A program made the position numbers and the translations under genes. The notes below the pieces were generated by a model. It saw only the letters and a program-made list of their open reading frames with translations, made no database searches and was not told where the DNA came from. A stretch of DNA of 64,000 bases from Lama glama (lineage: Eukaryota), in NCBI GenBank assembly GCA_028534125.1, contig CM052816.1, forward strand, positions 8,744,001-8,808,000, read 5' to 3'. Position 1 is the first letter of the stretch. Every line of letters begins with the position of its first letter. Shown here piece after piece: positions 1-14,037 of the stretch.

Positions 1-1056
1 GAGATTAATTATAGTCGTTCCTTGTCCATATCCACCGATCTCCATCTTTTCCTAGCACAACTTGATACGGCTGGATTCTTAACTTACTTACTACCTCATA
101 TGAATTAGGAGTTGCATTCAGGAAATCCTATACCAGGAAACTTGGTATTGGTTGGGATACTGTAATCCCATACAATCAAATGCTTTGATTTCTGAAAAGT
201 ATCTAAAACCAGTACGTGAAATCATTTTCCTGTTCATGTCTCATCTGCAGTCCTGCGAGAAAGCCTTCTAGAAACTCTTTGAGGGAAAGAACTTCCTCAT
301 GCTGATGGAAATGTGTTTCATGTTTCTTAGCGAAGTGTTGGGTAAAAAGGTGCTAAGTATTCATAATAAGGAAATTCTGCTCATATTTTCTCTGTGTATT
401 TACTTTTTCAAAGGAACTCTGTGGGAAGTTAAGGAACCTGCACATTTATAGAATTTTAGGAGTGCATGGTGCATGCATAGTTCCTTAGTTCTAATGGAAA
501 TACTTATCTCTATAGTACTTAAGTGTTTCTGAAGTGAATTCAGCTGAACTGAATAGCTGGGAGCCAATTTACAAATGGAAATATGGCTGAATCAATTCAT
601 TTAGCTTTGAACTCTGATGTAAAGATACTACCATATCATAAAATACTAATGTCCATTAATTTCACGGTAAAGCCTTGCTAATGTGGACATTTGTTAGCTT
701 AAGTATTTATTAGCATCTCAGTGGTGAATTGGCCTTTTGAAATTCCTTTTGGTTCAAAGTTGCAGTTTTTGTACTGCAGAATTTTTTTTAAGGGAGACAA
801 GATGGTGACACTGACTAAGCATACATAGCATATATCATATGTTTCATTTGTGCCTTCATTAAGTGTACAGTGGAGAGGTTTACAAATTAATTTTTTTAAT
901 TGAGGCTGTTCTGTATTTCAGCTCATACGGAAGCTCCTCTGAGTAGTTACATTTCCCTGCACTGCCAGACTATTCTGTCCTTAAGGTGGCTTCTGTGGAA
1001 AGGGGAGTGTGAGACCTGATTTAAAGCTACTTTGTTTATTGGGAAGTAGCATGAAG

Positions 1057-1121
1057 TTTTTTTTGTTTGTTTGTTTTTAACATTTTTTATTGATTTATAA
1101 TCATTTTACAATGTTGTGTCA
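1057..1121 (-). mobile_element. Very short 5'-truncated L1 3' end with TSD
   Basis: Shares cattttacaatgttgtgtcaa with the L1 piece at 45910; flanked by atgaagtttt (1051) / atgaagcttt (1122). Confidence 0.75.
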
Positions 1122-1980
1122 ATGAAGCTTTTTTTTAACAGTATCTTTTATTTTTTAATTTTTCTTTGCAGCTTAAGAAACATTACCTTCTTCAGTATCA
1201 TGAAGTTTTTGTAAATTTTATTCTCAGTTCCAAATTTTCCAAATCTTTAAGACATACTAGATGTGTCTAATATGCTGTCCTTGGTAACAGTAAAATGAAA
1301 TCCTTCTTACCAGGCTGAATTTTATACCTTTATGTAAATACCATTCTTCCCTTTTTCATTCCTTTACTGTGCTGTTCACTACATATTCAGGTTAGGTTGT
1401 TTTGCTTTTGACTCTTCTCATTTGATTGGCATTTTTACAGTGAGCTCCACTTACTGAAATCCCAGAGTTCCAGTTTTTGAACCTCTGTAATGTTAATACT
1501 TTGTATCCTTCTTTAAAAAGGGAGTGTGATGTTAGCTTCTTTAAAAACTAAAGCTCTGTTTTTGGAGAATGTCTTGGTGAATTTAACATACTTTACAGTA
1601 CCTGTGTAGTACTTTCTAGAGCATAAGCAAACATTTCATTCAGTCAAATATATGTATTTGAGTGCCTGCCTACTATATACCACGTGGTTTTAGATACTGC
1701 ACACCTTTCAGTGAATAGACAAAAATTTTGTGAGACTTAACATTCTTTTTTGAGCTTATACCATATATCTGACATATAGTTGCGAATTTGTCTCTTGCTG
1801 ACAGTTAGGAGCAAAGATGCCTAAATCTCAAACTGTGTGAGGACGTGAACATTTCCTTAATATCGTTGGGATAGTTTACTGAGTTTGAGCCCCAAACAGC
1901 ATTCTGAGCCATCCAGAGATTGCCTTGATTGGACAGGTCAGCAGGGACCCAATTAGGTCTCCCTTTGAATCTTCCTTAGT

Positions 1981-2171
1981 TAGCATTTCTCAAACATCAA
2001 CCATGCATAATAATTACCTAAAGAGCTTGTTAAAAATGTAGGTTTTACCACCTCATCCCCAGATTTGTTTGACAGGTTCTGGAATGGGGCCCAAGAGTCT
2101 GTATTTTTAACACAAACCTCAGATGATTTCTGCTAAAGGAAGACCAGAGAACAACGCTTTGAGAAGTACTG
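1981..2171. mobile_element. MER5-like hAT-Charlie element
   Basis: tttctcaaac...gagcttgttaaaaatg...ctggaatggggcccaagagtctgtatttttaaca...ctttgagaagtactg. Confidence 0.7.
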
Positions 2172-2871
2172 TGCTGAGGTTTTGACACTCCATTGTATTG
2201 AGCTGTAGGGGTAGTTAGCAATTATTTTGCTGAGAAGGCTTTGACTATTGTAGGAAATGGCTATTGTCTTTATTGTTGTCATTTCATAATTGTTGGGCAA
2301 CTGCTTTTTGTAGTGAAAGTAATCCTTGTATTTGTGTAATGCTTTGCAGTTTACAAAAGTACTTTTACAATCCCATGATTATTACAGTACCTCTTGATAT
2401 GTAGATAAGTTTCATTAAGAATGTTTGACCAGTGAGCAAAAATAGCTTTTACGGAGCCAGAGAACAAGAAAATGGCAAAGCCAGAGCTAGAACCTGTGTT
2501 TTTGGCTGCTGGTTCAGTATTCTTTGCACTGTATTAGATATACTGTGAGTTTAGCCAGCTTCCCATTCTTAAGCCCAACTACTGGTTTAGTGGGCCACTT
2601 CTTAAGTGTCCAGTCACTGAAGGGCTTCTATTTGTAAGTATATATAGCATGGTTCTGTATCATTAGTTCAGGTTTGCCTAGAATTTAAATTTATGGATAG
2701 GTATTCGTGTGTATATTCATTGCTTTTTTTTCTTTAAAATCAGACCTTTCCTTTCTAGAAGCTTATATTGCCTCTTCTACATTCCCTTTCCTATGTCTTA
2801 CGGAACATTTTAAGCCCAGACCTCGTGTTCTTTCTTCTATTACCTCTACTTTGTTTTGAGGGTGTGTGTGG

Positions 2872-3048
2872 TTTTTTGTTTGTTTGCTTGCTTGTTTATA
2901 TGTTTTGGGTAGGGGGAGGTAACTAGGCTTGTTTACGTGCTTATGTATATATTTATGTATGTATTTAGTGGAGGTACTGGAGATTGAACCCAGGACTTCT
3001 TGCATACTAAGCACACATTCTACCATTGAGCTATAGCCTACCCCCCCA
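2872..3048 (-). mobile_element. tRNA(Ala)-derived camelid SINE (Vic-1 type)
   Basis: Minus strand reads GGCTATAGCTCAATGGTAGAATGTGTGCTTAGTATGCAAGAAGTCCTGGGTTCAATC (A and B boxes), then a non-tRNA body and A-rich tail. Confidence 0.85.
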
Positions 3049-3719
3049 CTTCTATTTTTAAAAGGTTATATCAGACTTTGGAATCATTCTGTTTTCTCAT
3101 TGTGTTCATTTGCTAAAGTAGAGAAATTTGAGTTAATTTTTTAAAACCTAGAATCGATCTATTTTAAATGTTTTGCTAAGCAAATTAGTTAATGTAGAGT
3201 GGGGGGGGGAGAGGAAATGTTCCATCCAACCAAAATTATTTGTTCTGTTAGATTTGTAATATAAGTGATCACTGTAGTGTAGAAATTACCCTGAAGGAAA
3301 CTGTTTGATCTCTAAATAGTGTACTAAGGGATAGTTTGATTTCCATTATTTTCTTGGTCTAACATTTTAATGTATGTTTTCCCACATTTTCTCTTCTTAT
3401 GGAATAGAGGTAAGTTGCTTTAGCCTTGAGAATTTGAAGTTTAAATTAGGAAGTCAGAAAAGGCATGGGTTTGATACTAAGTAGGGTAAATAGTTGTAGC
3501 TTTGGACATGTTGAGTTTAAGGTGACAGTGTATCCCAAGTTTGGTTCTTGTATAGTTAAGCCTAGGCCAGGGAATTAGGATTGGGGATAGATAAGAGTAA
3601 GAATCAGCATAGAAGTGATATTGGAGAAAGTAAATTGAGAAGTGAGAACTGAAACCCTTGGTGGAAGTTCAAAGTTAATCAAGGCAAGAGGAGAGTTGGG
3701 ATAATGGGCTGTGGAGTGT

Positions 3720-3760
3720 GCTGGGCATGTGCTCTACCACTGAGATATACCCTCCACCCC
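3720..3760 (-). mobile_element. Truncated 5' head of a Vic-1 type SINE
   Basis: gcatgtgctctaccactgagatataccctccacccc matches the SINE head only; B box and tail are absent. Confidence 0.6.
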
Positions 3761-5693
3761 AGTCTTGTTCAATTTTAAATTACTTACGTGCTTGTTAATT
3801 CCCTCCCCAGGAGGGTAAAATTGTAAGGGTGGGAAAAGCAGCCAGTTTTAAAAGATTTGAACAGTTCTGGGAAAGTCAGTGAAGTAAAAGATTGAATTAG
3901 TATCTAAAATTTCTTGAAATCATCACATTATCAGAATTATTACTCTGATCACCATACCCATAGCTAAAACTATGGTTCTTTTCTTAGTTACTTCATGTCT
4001 AAATCAGTATGGAGAAATGGGTCCATTTGGTATTTGTGTTTCTGGTTTTAATTGCTTGTATTCTATAGAAAACATATACTGTCTACTAAACCTAATTTTC
4101 CAGTTCTCTGAAGTAGCCAAATAGCAGGATTACCTAGCAAAAATGATCCGATCCCAAACCATTTCAAAGGTATTTCTGCAAGTTGTAAACCAAAAGGATT
4201 ATGAATAAAAATTTTGTGTTACTGACCTTATAAAATCTGAATGTATTTTAAATGTGAAATAAGAAGAGAGGGAAATAGATTGATGCTCTTAAGTTTTTGA
4301 TGGCAAGAGAAAGGATGTTAAGATCATGAAATTCTAGGTGTCTTCTATTCAGAGTGCAATGAAGGCTACAAATGTCAGAGCAAATATGGGCAGGGAAGCT
4401 TGAGGAGAAAAAGAGTTACACAGCCATCTCATATACCAAAAATTAATCAAAAATCAGGTGACCCACATTTAGTCTGGTGTCTAGTTCTTCAGAAGAGCTG
4501 AAGAGTTACCATGAATCAGAACATAGTCAAACCTGTACATTACAGTCCTGTTTTCATGATGAATGCTGTTAATAAGATGGAGCTTAATAAGTATTAACAA
4601 TTTTAGGTTGAAGGGGTTATAGTGTCTTAAGACTCAAATTCACAGGTGGCCTGCAGCTTCCAGAAGTAATCAACAAGTGAATGCAGTACCAGGAGGACTG
4701 GTGACTTTTGAGACTCAGGAATTTAAATTGAGACTCATGAGATTGTGTTGTGGTTGAAGGTAGCCTACTTTTGGAATCTGGTGATTTAGGAGGACAGGGG
4801 GAGTAAGAAGTGCCTTTCTTAACTGTTGTAAATGAATTGTTAACCCCAACACATACACCAAAAACAAAAAAAGGAAAGGAAGTCAACATGGCATGATTAC
4901 AATAAGAAGCAGGAAAGGAAGAGGGTTTAGGAAAAGATAAACAAGAATTGCCTGTTGGTAATTTTTTTTGGCCCATAGTAATTTGGATGGTTTTGAAGGA
5001 TGGAAAGAGCTATCTATAATTTTAAGAATATCGTGAAGGGCAAAATTATACTGTTAAGGATGATACACATAAATATTAATGTGTAGGAACATTAAAAAGA
5101 ATTTAGACAAAAAAGATAGGGTAGCTGGAACTGTTAGCAATGACAACCTAAAGGGGGAATTTGAGCTAGTTCTTAGGTTTAGCAAGATTGTACTAGACCA
5201 GGTCCTTAATTTCTACCCTCATTAAAAGGAACATAAAGATTGGATGACGGTGAGTTGGCAAGAGATTAAGATACAGTATTTTTGAGAATTTAGATGCTAT
5301 GAAAATGGATATGTTATAGCACTGATTCAGTGTTTACACTTTAGTCATCTAGTAGGGACTCTTGACATTACTAACCTAAAGATGAAAAGGTAAATGTCAT
5401 AGGAAAAGATATTTACCTCTTAAAACTATCACTTTTAAAATTTTATAATTATTTGGTTTATTTGAATCGAAGGTAAGTAGATGCTTCCTGATGACCTTAT
5501 ACTTTCAGTGCGTGAAGTTTTTTGTATTCCTTGCTTTGTTTTCCTTGCCACATCAAGCATGCCCTAGCCTGTTAAAACCTCTGATACAGCTTTTTATTTT
5601 TTAATTCAGCAAATGTTACTGAGCATTTGCTGCATGTAAGGCATTATGCTGGATGCTAGGAATATGGCATTGTGAATAAGACCAAAAAATGGC

Positions 5694-6570
5694 TGTATTG
5701 TGTTAGGATTCTCCAGAGACACAGCACTGATGGATTATATATACAGGCAGACCTTGAATGTATTACAGGTTCAGTTCCAGATCACCACAGTAAAGCAAAG
5801 TTACACAAACTTTTTGGTTTCCCAGTGCATAAAGTTATGTTTACGCTATAGTGTAGTAAGTCCTAACCATAATTTGAGCTTTCAGCAAGTTGTGATCTTT
5901 TTGCAGTAGTAACATCAAACATAAAAATCACTGATCACAGATGACCATAACAAATACAATAATAATGAAAAGGTTTGAAATATTGTGAGAATTACCAAAA
6001 TGTGACAGACACAAAGTGAGCAGATACTGTTGGAAAATGGTGCCAATACGCTGTTGGACACAGGGTTGCCGCAAAACTTGAATATGTAAAACGTGATATC
6101 TGTAAAGAACAATAAATCAAGATCTGCTTATAGATACACAGGAAGACATTTATTATGAGGGATTGGCTCAGGTGATTATACAGGCTAAAAAGTTCCATGA
6201 TGTGTGATCTTGCAAGCTAGGGGCCCAGGAAAACCAGCAGTAGTTCTAGTCAAGCCTGAAGGCCTGAGAACCAGGGAAGCTAATTTAGGTCCTGGTTTGA
6301 GTCCTGATGTCTGAACAGGAGCATGGATGTCCAGGGGAGGAGAAGATGGCTGTCTCAGCTCTAGCAGAGTACATTTTCTCTTCCTCTGTCTTTCTGTTCT
6401 ATTCAGGACCCCAGCCCTGGCCCCACTTTGGGTGTGGGGTGATCTTTACTTAGTCTGTTACTGAAATGCTAATCACCTCTGGAGACACCTTCACAGACAC
6501 CCCAAAATGTTTTACCAGCTATTCCAGCATCCCATAGCCCAGTTAGAATGATGCATACAATTAACCTGTA
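5694..6570 (-). mobile_element. MLT2-type (ERVL) solo LTR interrupted by a Tigger element
   Basis: ttaggattctccagagacacag start and atttattatgagggattggctc...cctgaaggcctgagaaccaggga body resemble MLT2. Confidence 0.75.
5744..6130 (-). mobile_element. Internally deleted Tigger1-derived DNA transposon, TA TSD
   Basis: TA|caggcagaccttg...caggttcagttccagatcaccacagtaaagc resembles the Tigger1 terminus; other end gatctgctta|TA. Confidence 0.8.
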
Positions 6571-9500
6571 GTCAATTCCCACTTACCTCATTTTTCTGAA
6601 TTCTGTTAGCATCTTTTTTTGTCAGCACCAATAACTTGTACCAGTATCATCTTAGATGTGTGCTTTTTGTGTGTGCCTTCATGTTTTAATTAGAATTTGT
6701 TTGGATATGGGTTTAGAGGAAAGGAAATGAGAGCAGAGAGATTTGCTTTGCCTTTTCTAGCATCTTCTTCAGACCTTAAGGTACCCTTTTTTTATGCTCT
6801 AAGTAATGATGGTTTTCTAAATTGCAGGCTCATTCTTCAGCCTACTTCCTTGATTGGCCAGGCAACACTAAGTCTAAAGGCATTGATTTGAAACAAAGGG
6901 AAATTGAGTCTCCTGCATTTTTTTTTCTTCTGTCCGTTAAATTACTTGATTCTTCTATGTTTTGAAACTGTTAGGAGGAATAGCTCCAAATCATGATCAC
7001 TCCAAATCAAGAAAGCTCCAAGTCAAACCAGTTTTTTGTTTTTCCCCAATCTTACAGGAATCTGAGCTACCTACAGTGCGTACATTACTTTACCACAGGG
7101 TACTTAGTACCAACACATTGTTGCTCACATTAAAAAAATGTCTAAAGATAAAACCTAAGTTTTTAGGCTGAAGGCACCTCAAAGTGAAGAACAGAAGTGA
7201 AATTTTCATGTTGCTATGTTTCAAATTAATCTGCAAACTTAAATGCTCTCAGAATCAGATTAGTACTTGCTCATTACCTAGGTTCTGTGAGGACTGAACA
7301 TTAAGCTCTATCTTACCAGGTATAGAGTGAGAAATACCAAAGTAACTACTTGAATATTGTATTGTTAAGGGGTTGGATCTTGGATCCAAGCAGTAGTCAG
7401 TGGCTATGGGAATTCCGTGAAATGGGAAAACACTGTAGGATAGGCTACTTAAGGAAGATTTCTTTGGCATTCAAAATTGAAATGGGGAGTTAGAAGCTCT
7501 CAAAATAGAAGTGGAAAACCTGGAAGTGAAGGTAGAACTGACTAAAAGTAGGATTTGGATAAGCAGAAGACTGTTTCTGGCTCCTAATCTGTGTGTAATA
7601 ATATCTGGATGGAAAGCACAGATGGGGAGGGAATGAGGTGTTAGCTTTAGAGAAATAAAGCTATCTATTCCTTGAGATCAAAAGGAAGTATGAAAGATAG
7701 AAACACCTGTCACTTAGGTTTAAGGAGCTATAGTACCAATCTCTAAGCAAAAATCCTAATTATTTTAGAAATGGATAGTTGTTCCATAGAGGAAATGCCT
7801 TTGAAACATTTATGTTTTAGCAGGTTTTTTTCTTTATGGACTGTTTTTCTTTTTGACGTTGCAAATAGTGGGTCTGTCTAAATCTCTTAAGTAAACAAAT
7901 AAGGATAGAAGTGCCCATTAGCTTGACTTAGAGTATTCTGTTAAAGGCTTAATTTGCAGATGACTTCTCATAAAGTGCATTGTGAAATTGTATAATTACA
8001 TGAAGAAGTGTAAATTTGTGCCTTTTATATTTCCGGTTTGTATTTGGACACGGGTGGTTGTAAATTTTACTTGTTTATTGTAGTTTTGTTACGTAGCCAT
8101 TGATGCACATCTGCTTGTGTAGACATGGCTTGTAATCTTAAGAGAGTTGATTTATGCTTTCCCTTTTGCCTTTGACTTCTTGTGACTTCCTGTCATTGCC
8201 TTAGCTCTTTCTGGAGTTGGTGTTCTTGTATAGAGTCTTTTTTCCTTTAAAACCTAGATAAATTAGATTTACATAAAAAATCCTCTCTAACACTTAACGA
8301 TTGGACATTTAAAATGGCAAAGGCTGGTTCCTGCCAGCTTCCTAGCACAGATCTGCCTCTGCCGTTAAGTAAAGGAAGACGGAAAAAAAGGAAGGAAAAC
8401 AGAATAAACAGAGGAAATTCCAGGAAAGGAGAACATAACCTTTTCACTTTGTTAATCACTTATCTTTTAATATTATTATTTGTTATGTTTTATCCATCTT
8501 CACCCACCTACACACCCACCCCACAAAAAACCCACCACCGTGAGCTTTTCTTTGAAGTAAATGTTTGAATGAATGTGAAGGGTATTGAATTCCTATATGG
8601 AAAATAAGGTTAGAAAAGGGAAAATTAAAGCAGCTTTGAACACAGTTTTAGGTGCAATAAGCACAGCCCAGCTCTACCATTGACAAATCTGTTGCTTTTC
8701 TTAGGCTAGTGGGGACAGTCTCTATAAGGTTAAACAGAAAGTCTTTACCTACCTTTTTTTTAATTTTTTTTTTAACAAAGTCAGTGTGAGAATGAATACC
8801 TTTTTATGTGTTTGATGATAGTTACTCATGTGTCATGTTAGGAAATAGTCCTCTGGAACAGTTGAAGCAAAAATGTAGTAAGGAATGTGAACTTTTTAAG
8901 CCTAGTCCCTTTATGATCTTTACGTAAGATTCCAGGGAGTATATTCGTTGTATCTGAATATGGGGCCATGCTTGCATTTTTTAGAAAAATATAATTATTA
9001 AGATATTAAACCCATATTAGCTAGTTTCAGTCTTGGTTTTCTTTCATATCAACTAAAAACCTGCATTACAGCAAAATTTTTAAAAAGGAGTGAAAAGCAG
9101 TAGACAGGTTCCCACTAGACCAATACTTACTAATGCTTTTGACACATATATATTTTTTAAGCTCTTTTCCCCTGTTTTGAAAATTTTTTAAATAAACTTT
9201 TCAAATGGTAAATCCTGGTATCAGTCTTAACTAGAGTTAACAAAAAAAATCATTCCAGTCTAGCTGTAAAATACTCCCCCACACCTTTTTTTTGTTTTTG
9301 TTTGTTTGTTTCTGCTTTTTTTTAATATTTTAAATAATGGCCAGTTTTCTTTTCAAGCTGAATTCATAATCTAGATTAGTTTGAAATAAAAATAGTAGTG
9401 CTCATTTTTAGAAAATTACCCCTACCAGACTTAGAGGCATATAGAAACTTGAAATCATTTATTGCAGTGATTCCCAGTCCTTGGATTGAAGTCTCTGAAA

Positions 9501-10103
9501 TTAGCAGTTGATATGCCTAAAATTATTGGATACAAGTGGTATGTTTATCTGCAGTAATGTAACATGGGATAATTAAAAGCGTGATTCCTCCATAAAAAGC
9601 AGATGTCATCTTTGTGGTAATACTGTTCAGATTCTGTAATCTGAAATTAAGCAAAAAACTTTATTAATAAAACTTGGTAGGAAATGAAACAGTTACAATA
9701 AAAGATATCTCTGCTTTTTGAAATGTTTTGGAATGGCTGTGTAATCTCCTTCATTTCTCCAGTTAGAAAGTAGACCAGATGAAATTAAGGAACTTGCCCA
9801 AAGTCACAGGCATCAGTGGCAGTTGGGTATAGAATTAACCTGCCCTGGTAAGAGGAGTGTTAAGTCTGCCACACAAGTCCTAACTTAATAGAACAATGAG
9901 GTCACTCTTTACCCTTATTTTGTGTTGGGCAATGTGGTCAGTTAGTGAGTTAGTGGGTTCATTGACTGCACAGAGGAAAACTTAACTTTAAGTAAAGCCT
10001 AACCAGAGAGGAAAAACTGTCTTATTCTTACTTAAAAATTTTTAATATTTGGTGATACTGACTTTTTATAATGCCCTTCCTTTTCGTTTCCCCCTTTTGT
10101 TAG

Positions 10104-10230
10104 GTGGTATGGTCAGGAAAAAGACTACAATGTGCTAGTCATGGATCTTCTTGGACCCAGCCTCGAAGACCTCTTCAATTTCTGTTCAAGAAGGTTCACA
10201 ATGAAAACTGTACTTATGTTAGCTGACCAG
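10104..10230 (+). CDS. CSNK1A1: Casein kinase 1 alpha, exon 3 (127 nt): (R)[42 protein letters not shown]
   Basis: Pyrimidine tract + TAG acceptor ending 10103, donor CAG|GTATGT; translation matches CK1-alpha, including the [12 protein letters not shown]1 motif. Confidence 0.98.
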
Positions 10231-11972
10231 GTATGTGAAATTTTTATGAGAATAAAAATTGAGAAATACTATTGTTCAACACTATTTGACTATAATTTAA
10301 ATGTATGTAAGCTAGACTATTATAATCTTGTGTGTCACTATTTAAGCATTATATCAGCAAAAAAAGATACAGATAATAAGATGTACTTATTCAAGTGTAT
10401 TACTCTGATATTACTTGTAGATGTTTTCCTATGGATATGGGACGAAAATGGATTATACTGGTTTATTACTTACCTGTAGACTGGTAGTTTTTAAGGTGCT
10501 TCCATCAGACGGAGTGTATTTGTTTTAGTGTTGAATGTAGCAGTTTTCCTTGTAAGATTTTGAAGAAAGGATTTGGAGTGTATATATGTATCCATAAATA
10601 TGTATGTTGAAATTTTGGTTAAATTAAACAAATTGAATGCTATGTATTATATGTGGAACCCTTATGAAAGGTGTATTTTTTGAGGAAAATAAGGTACTGA
10701 AATAACTTAAGGAAGAATTTTTGACCAAGTAGATGTTTCTTGCAGTAAAGGATTCTTAGCCATTGGTAATATTTAAGCAGCACTGCGGAAATTTTAATGT
10801 CATGAATTAGATTCATGCTGGAGGGTTGATTAAATTATTTAAAGCCAGAGCTCAGATTTTTTTTAATCTAAAGGAGATGAAGAAAATTAGTTTTAAAGAA
10901 TTTTAAAATAGGGGAATGGGGTCAGTAACAAGCCTTGAGGAAACCTAATACAGTAAAAGATAATAGGTAAATGTCAAGGAATTTATAATTTTAAAATTTT
11001 GGTCACGATACCTTGAAGGGCAAGAAAATGTTGGACGTGCTTCAAGTTAAACTAAATGTATTTATAAAAATGCTGTGGAAGAGATTGACATTATTAAAAT
11101 TTAGATTGAATGTCATAATAAATTTAAGTGAGGTGATGAACAGAATTGGCATTTGAGGTAGAGTTTTACAAAGTATAAATTCAAAGTATTAAAAAATAAT
11201 AATAAAGTCAAGGGGTTAGAAAGTAGTGCTTATTTTCTTAATCAGCAACTGTTACTGCCTAAGCTCAACGGAAAAACTCTGAGTGGCTCAAGCAAATATT
11301 AGCAAATTACAGTGTTCTATTTGTGGCACGTTAAAAATTCAAACATTAAACAGTTAAAAAACCTTTCAATAATGTTTTAACTAACATGAATGAATCTTAA
11401 CGAAAGTTTATATTCTGTAGGTTCAGTAACATGCATTCATACAGTGAGCATTTGTTTGGGGCCTGCCACTCTACTTGGATACAAAGAAGAGTGAGAACTA
11501 GTATCTTCCCTCTAGGAGCATAGAGTCTAGTGGAGAGAAATGGAAAGGTTCTATCATAGAAGTTTATATTGGATACACTGGTATCATCAGAAAAAGAATG
11601 TAATTCATGGAAGGGAGTTGCAAGAAAGCATTTGTTTTAAGGAAGTCACAGCTAAGTCTTGCTCTGTAGATGACAAACAACACTTGAAGTAGTCTGTAGT
11701 TTGTGCCGTTAATTATCTTTTGCCTGACCTTAAACCAGTAAGTGAATAGTCATAGTGTAATGATAGATTTTACTTAGCTAGGACAAATATATACATAAAG
11801 TGAGCCAAATGTGTTTTACTTCTTTAATATGCAAGTTGCTGTTGTACCTAAAAGAGTGATATTTGGACATTGTATAGTTCAAGCCACAGATCATGATTTG
11901 GCTTTAAAAGGCATTTGCCAAGGTGTAGAGGAGTAAGGTTTAGAATCTGTATATCCATGGTGATAAAAGCTC

Positions 11973-12201
11973 TGGAGTTTGAGATTTACAAATGTTAGCC
12001 ACTATATATAAAAATAGATTTAAAAAAAAGTTCTGTATAGCACAGGGAACTATGTTAAATATCTTGTACTAACCTTTAATAAAAAAATATGAAAACATAT
12101 ATGTATGTATATGCATGACTGGGACATTGTGCTGTACACCAGAAATTGACACATTGTAGTTGACTGTACTTCAATTTTTTTTAATTAATAAATAAATAAA
12201 A
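11973..12201 (+). mobile_element. L1 3' end fragment
   Basis: ctgtatagcacagggaactat...gctgtacaccagaaattgacacattgta, typical of artiodactyl L1 3'UTRs, with an A-rich tail. Confidence 0.8.
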
Positions 12202-12329
12202 TGGAATCCTGACATATACTACTGAGATGAGCAAGAACATATGGGTAGAAGGATAATGTTGGCAGCCTTTGGATATGAGAAACATTTTCAAATTCAGCTT
12301 GTAACTTTTACAGAAAAGGGAGACATATT

Positions 12330-13010
12330 TGATAATTTGAAAATTAAAACTATTACAGAAGATGCCATAGTGAAGATATTTTTCACAATTTAAATCTATT
12401 TACATAATAAATGACTGATTAAAGACTGTCAATTATATGCAAAGAATTCTTTAAAATTGACAAGAAAAGGACAAGCCAAAATAATAATGGACAAAGGCTG
12501 TAGATTGACAGTTCATAGAATAGTACTAAATCCAAATGGTCAGTAAAAATAAGTAGATTACCAAATTGTTAGGAAAATTCAAGTGAGATCAATACCTGTC
12601 AAATTGGCAAGATTTAGAAAGAACTAAAATAACTTTGCTAGTAGGAAAAAAATGCTGCTGGGAAAGTGAGTTGCTATAGCCTATTCTGAAGGGCAGTCCT
12701 GTAGCACCCATCAAAATGAAAAAAACACGTACCCTTCAACCCAGTGACTCCCCATTGTAATCTTACAGGATTCATAGCCCATAGAAATAAAAGCACTAGT
12801 AGATAAGGATATGTTGGAATATATTAATAACGTTATTGTTTACAATGGGAAAATAAGGCAAACATTGGGAGTACTGTGAGTTAGGGGATAATTGGGGAAT
12901 ACTTCCATCTATACCACAGAATATGTGTAGCCATTAAAAGCAGTGCTAAAACCATACCATTTGACTTGGCAGATTCCAAGAAATTAAGAAAAGCTTGTTA
13001 GAATGGCATG
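12330..13010 (+). mobile_element. Highly decayed L1ME-like fragment
   Basis: A-rich, with aatggacaaaggc...acagttcatagaa and acccttcaacccagtgactccc motifs; boundaries approximate. Confidence 0.45.
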
Positions 13011-13744
13011 TTTCCTTTTCAGTTTTTTAATATGATTGTAGTATGAAGGAAAATCATGGGAGAGTCCAAAAAACATGCAGGAAGGAAACTCAGCTTGTAT
13101 ATGTCCTATTGATATAAAAGTTACGTACTTACATTGTACGCTACCAACTTTCAGGAGTGTTTGAGATATGTAAAAATAAGGGAACAAGAATAAAGTGAGT
13201 AGAATACTTTTATATCAGTTTAAAGCAATAACAATAACTTATAGCTTATATAACAACTACTCTCAAATTATGTGAATTTGTACGTACGTATATAAGAGCT
13301 TGGAAATAGATCTGGCTAATACTAGGCTTTTTTAACACAGGTACCTCAGGGGGCGTAAGATTGGTTTTTACTTTATATAATTTATTACAACTGAAACAAT
13401 TTTAAATTTTACTGCTTTTGTGAATAAAAAATTACAAACATCAGTTCTTCCTATCAGGTTAGGTACTGTCTTGTTTATAATCATTAATATGGAAAGAATA
13501 AGCCCAAAGGACATGGCAGGTTTATTCTTAGATCACCATCAATCTAGAGAGAAATGGAGAGCCTGGTTGCCCCTTCTGTTTAATTTTGTCTAGCACTATC
13601 TTTGTGAACTCTAAATAAAATTAATAAAATACCTGTGATCTTGAAAAATAATTGACTTGTTGAAATAGTTGAGAAGTAATGTTGCTTTCTTTCGTCTCTT
13701 AATTCAAATCACTTACTTGATTCTCTCTCCCCTCTTTTTTCCAG

Positions 13745-13843
13745 ATGATCAGTAGAATTGAATATGTGCATACAAAGAATTTTATACACAGAGACATTAA
13801 ACCAGATAACTTCCTAATGGGTATTGGGCGTCACTGTAATAAG
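13745..13843 (+). CDS. CSNK1A1: CK1-alpha exon 4 (99 nt): [33 protein letters not shown], catalytic loop
   Basis: ctcttttttccag acceptor, AAG|GTTAGT donor, HRDIKPDN catalytic motif, in frame with exon 3. Missed by the ORF track. Confidence 0.98.
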
Positions 13844-13986
13844 GTTAGTCAAATGTTCTTTGCATGACAGCACAAAGAGTAAAAAACTTGAAGAATTGCT
13901 TTGGTGAACTTTTCAGTCTTTATAAAGTCATAGTAAGTTGAATTTGCTATTGGTAATTGGTTTAAAAGATTGTGCTAAAAGGATAA

Positions 13987-14037
13987 TCTATTAACTTAGT
14001 AACTTGAAATACTCTATTAACTTAGTAACTTGAAATA
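13987..14037. repeat. Perfect tandem duplication, 25-nt copies with period 26
   Basis: tctattaacttagtaacttgaaata at 13987-14011 and 14013-14037. Confidence 0.95.

Noticed and set aside
2965..3048. tRNA-Ala-like genes (also near 39170, 43631 and 56670)
   Set aside because: Diverged, followed by a shared non-tRNA body and A-rich tail, two with TSDs: SINEs, not tRNA genes. The 87-aa ORF 2763-3026 is SINE-derived.
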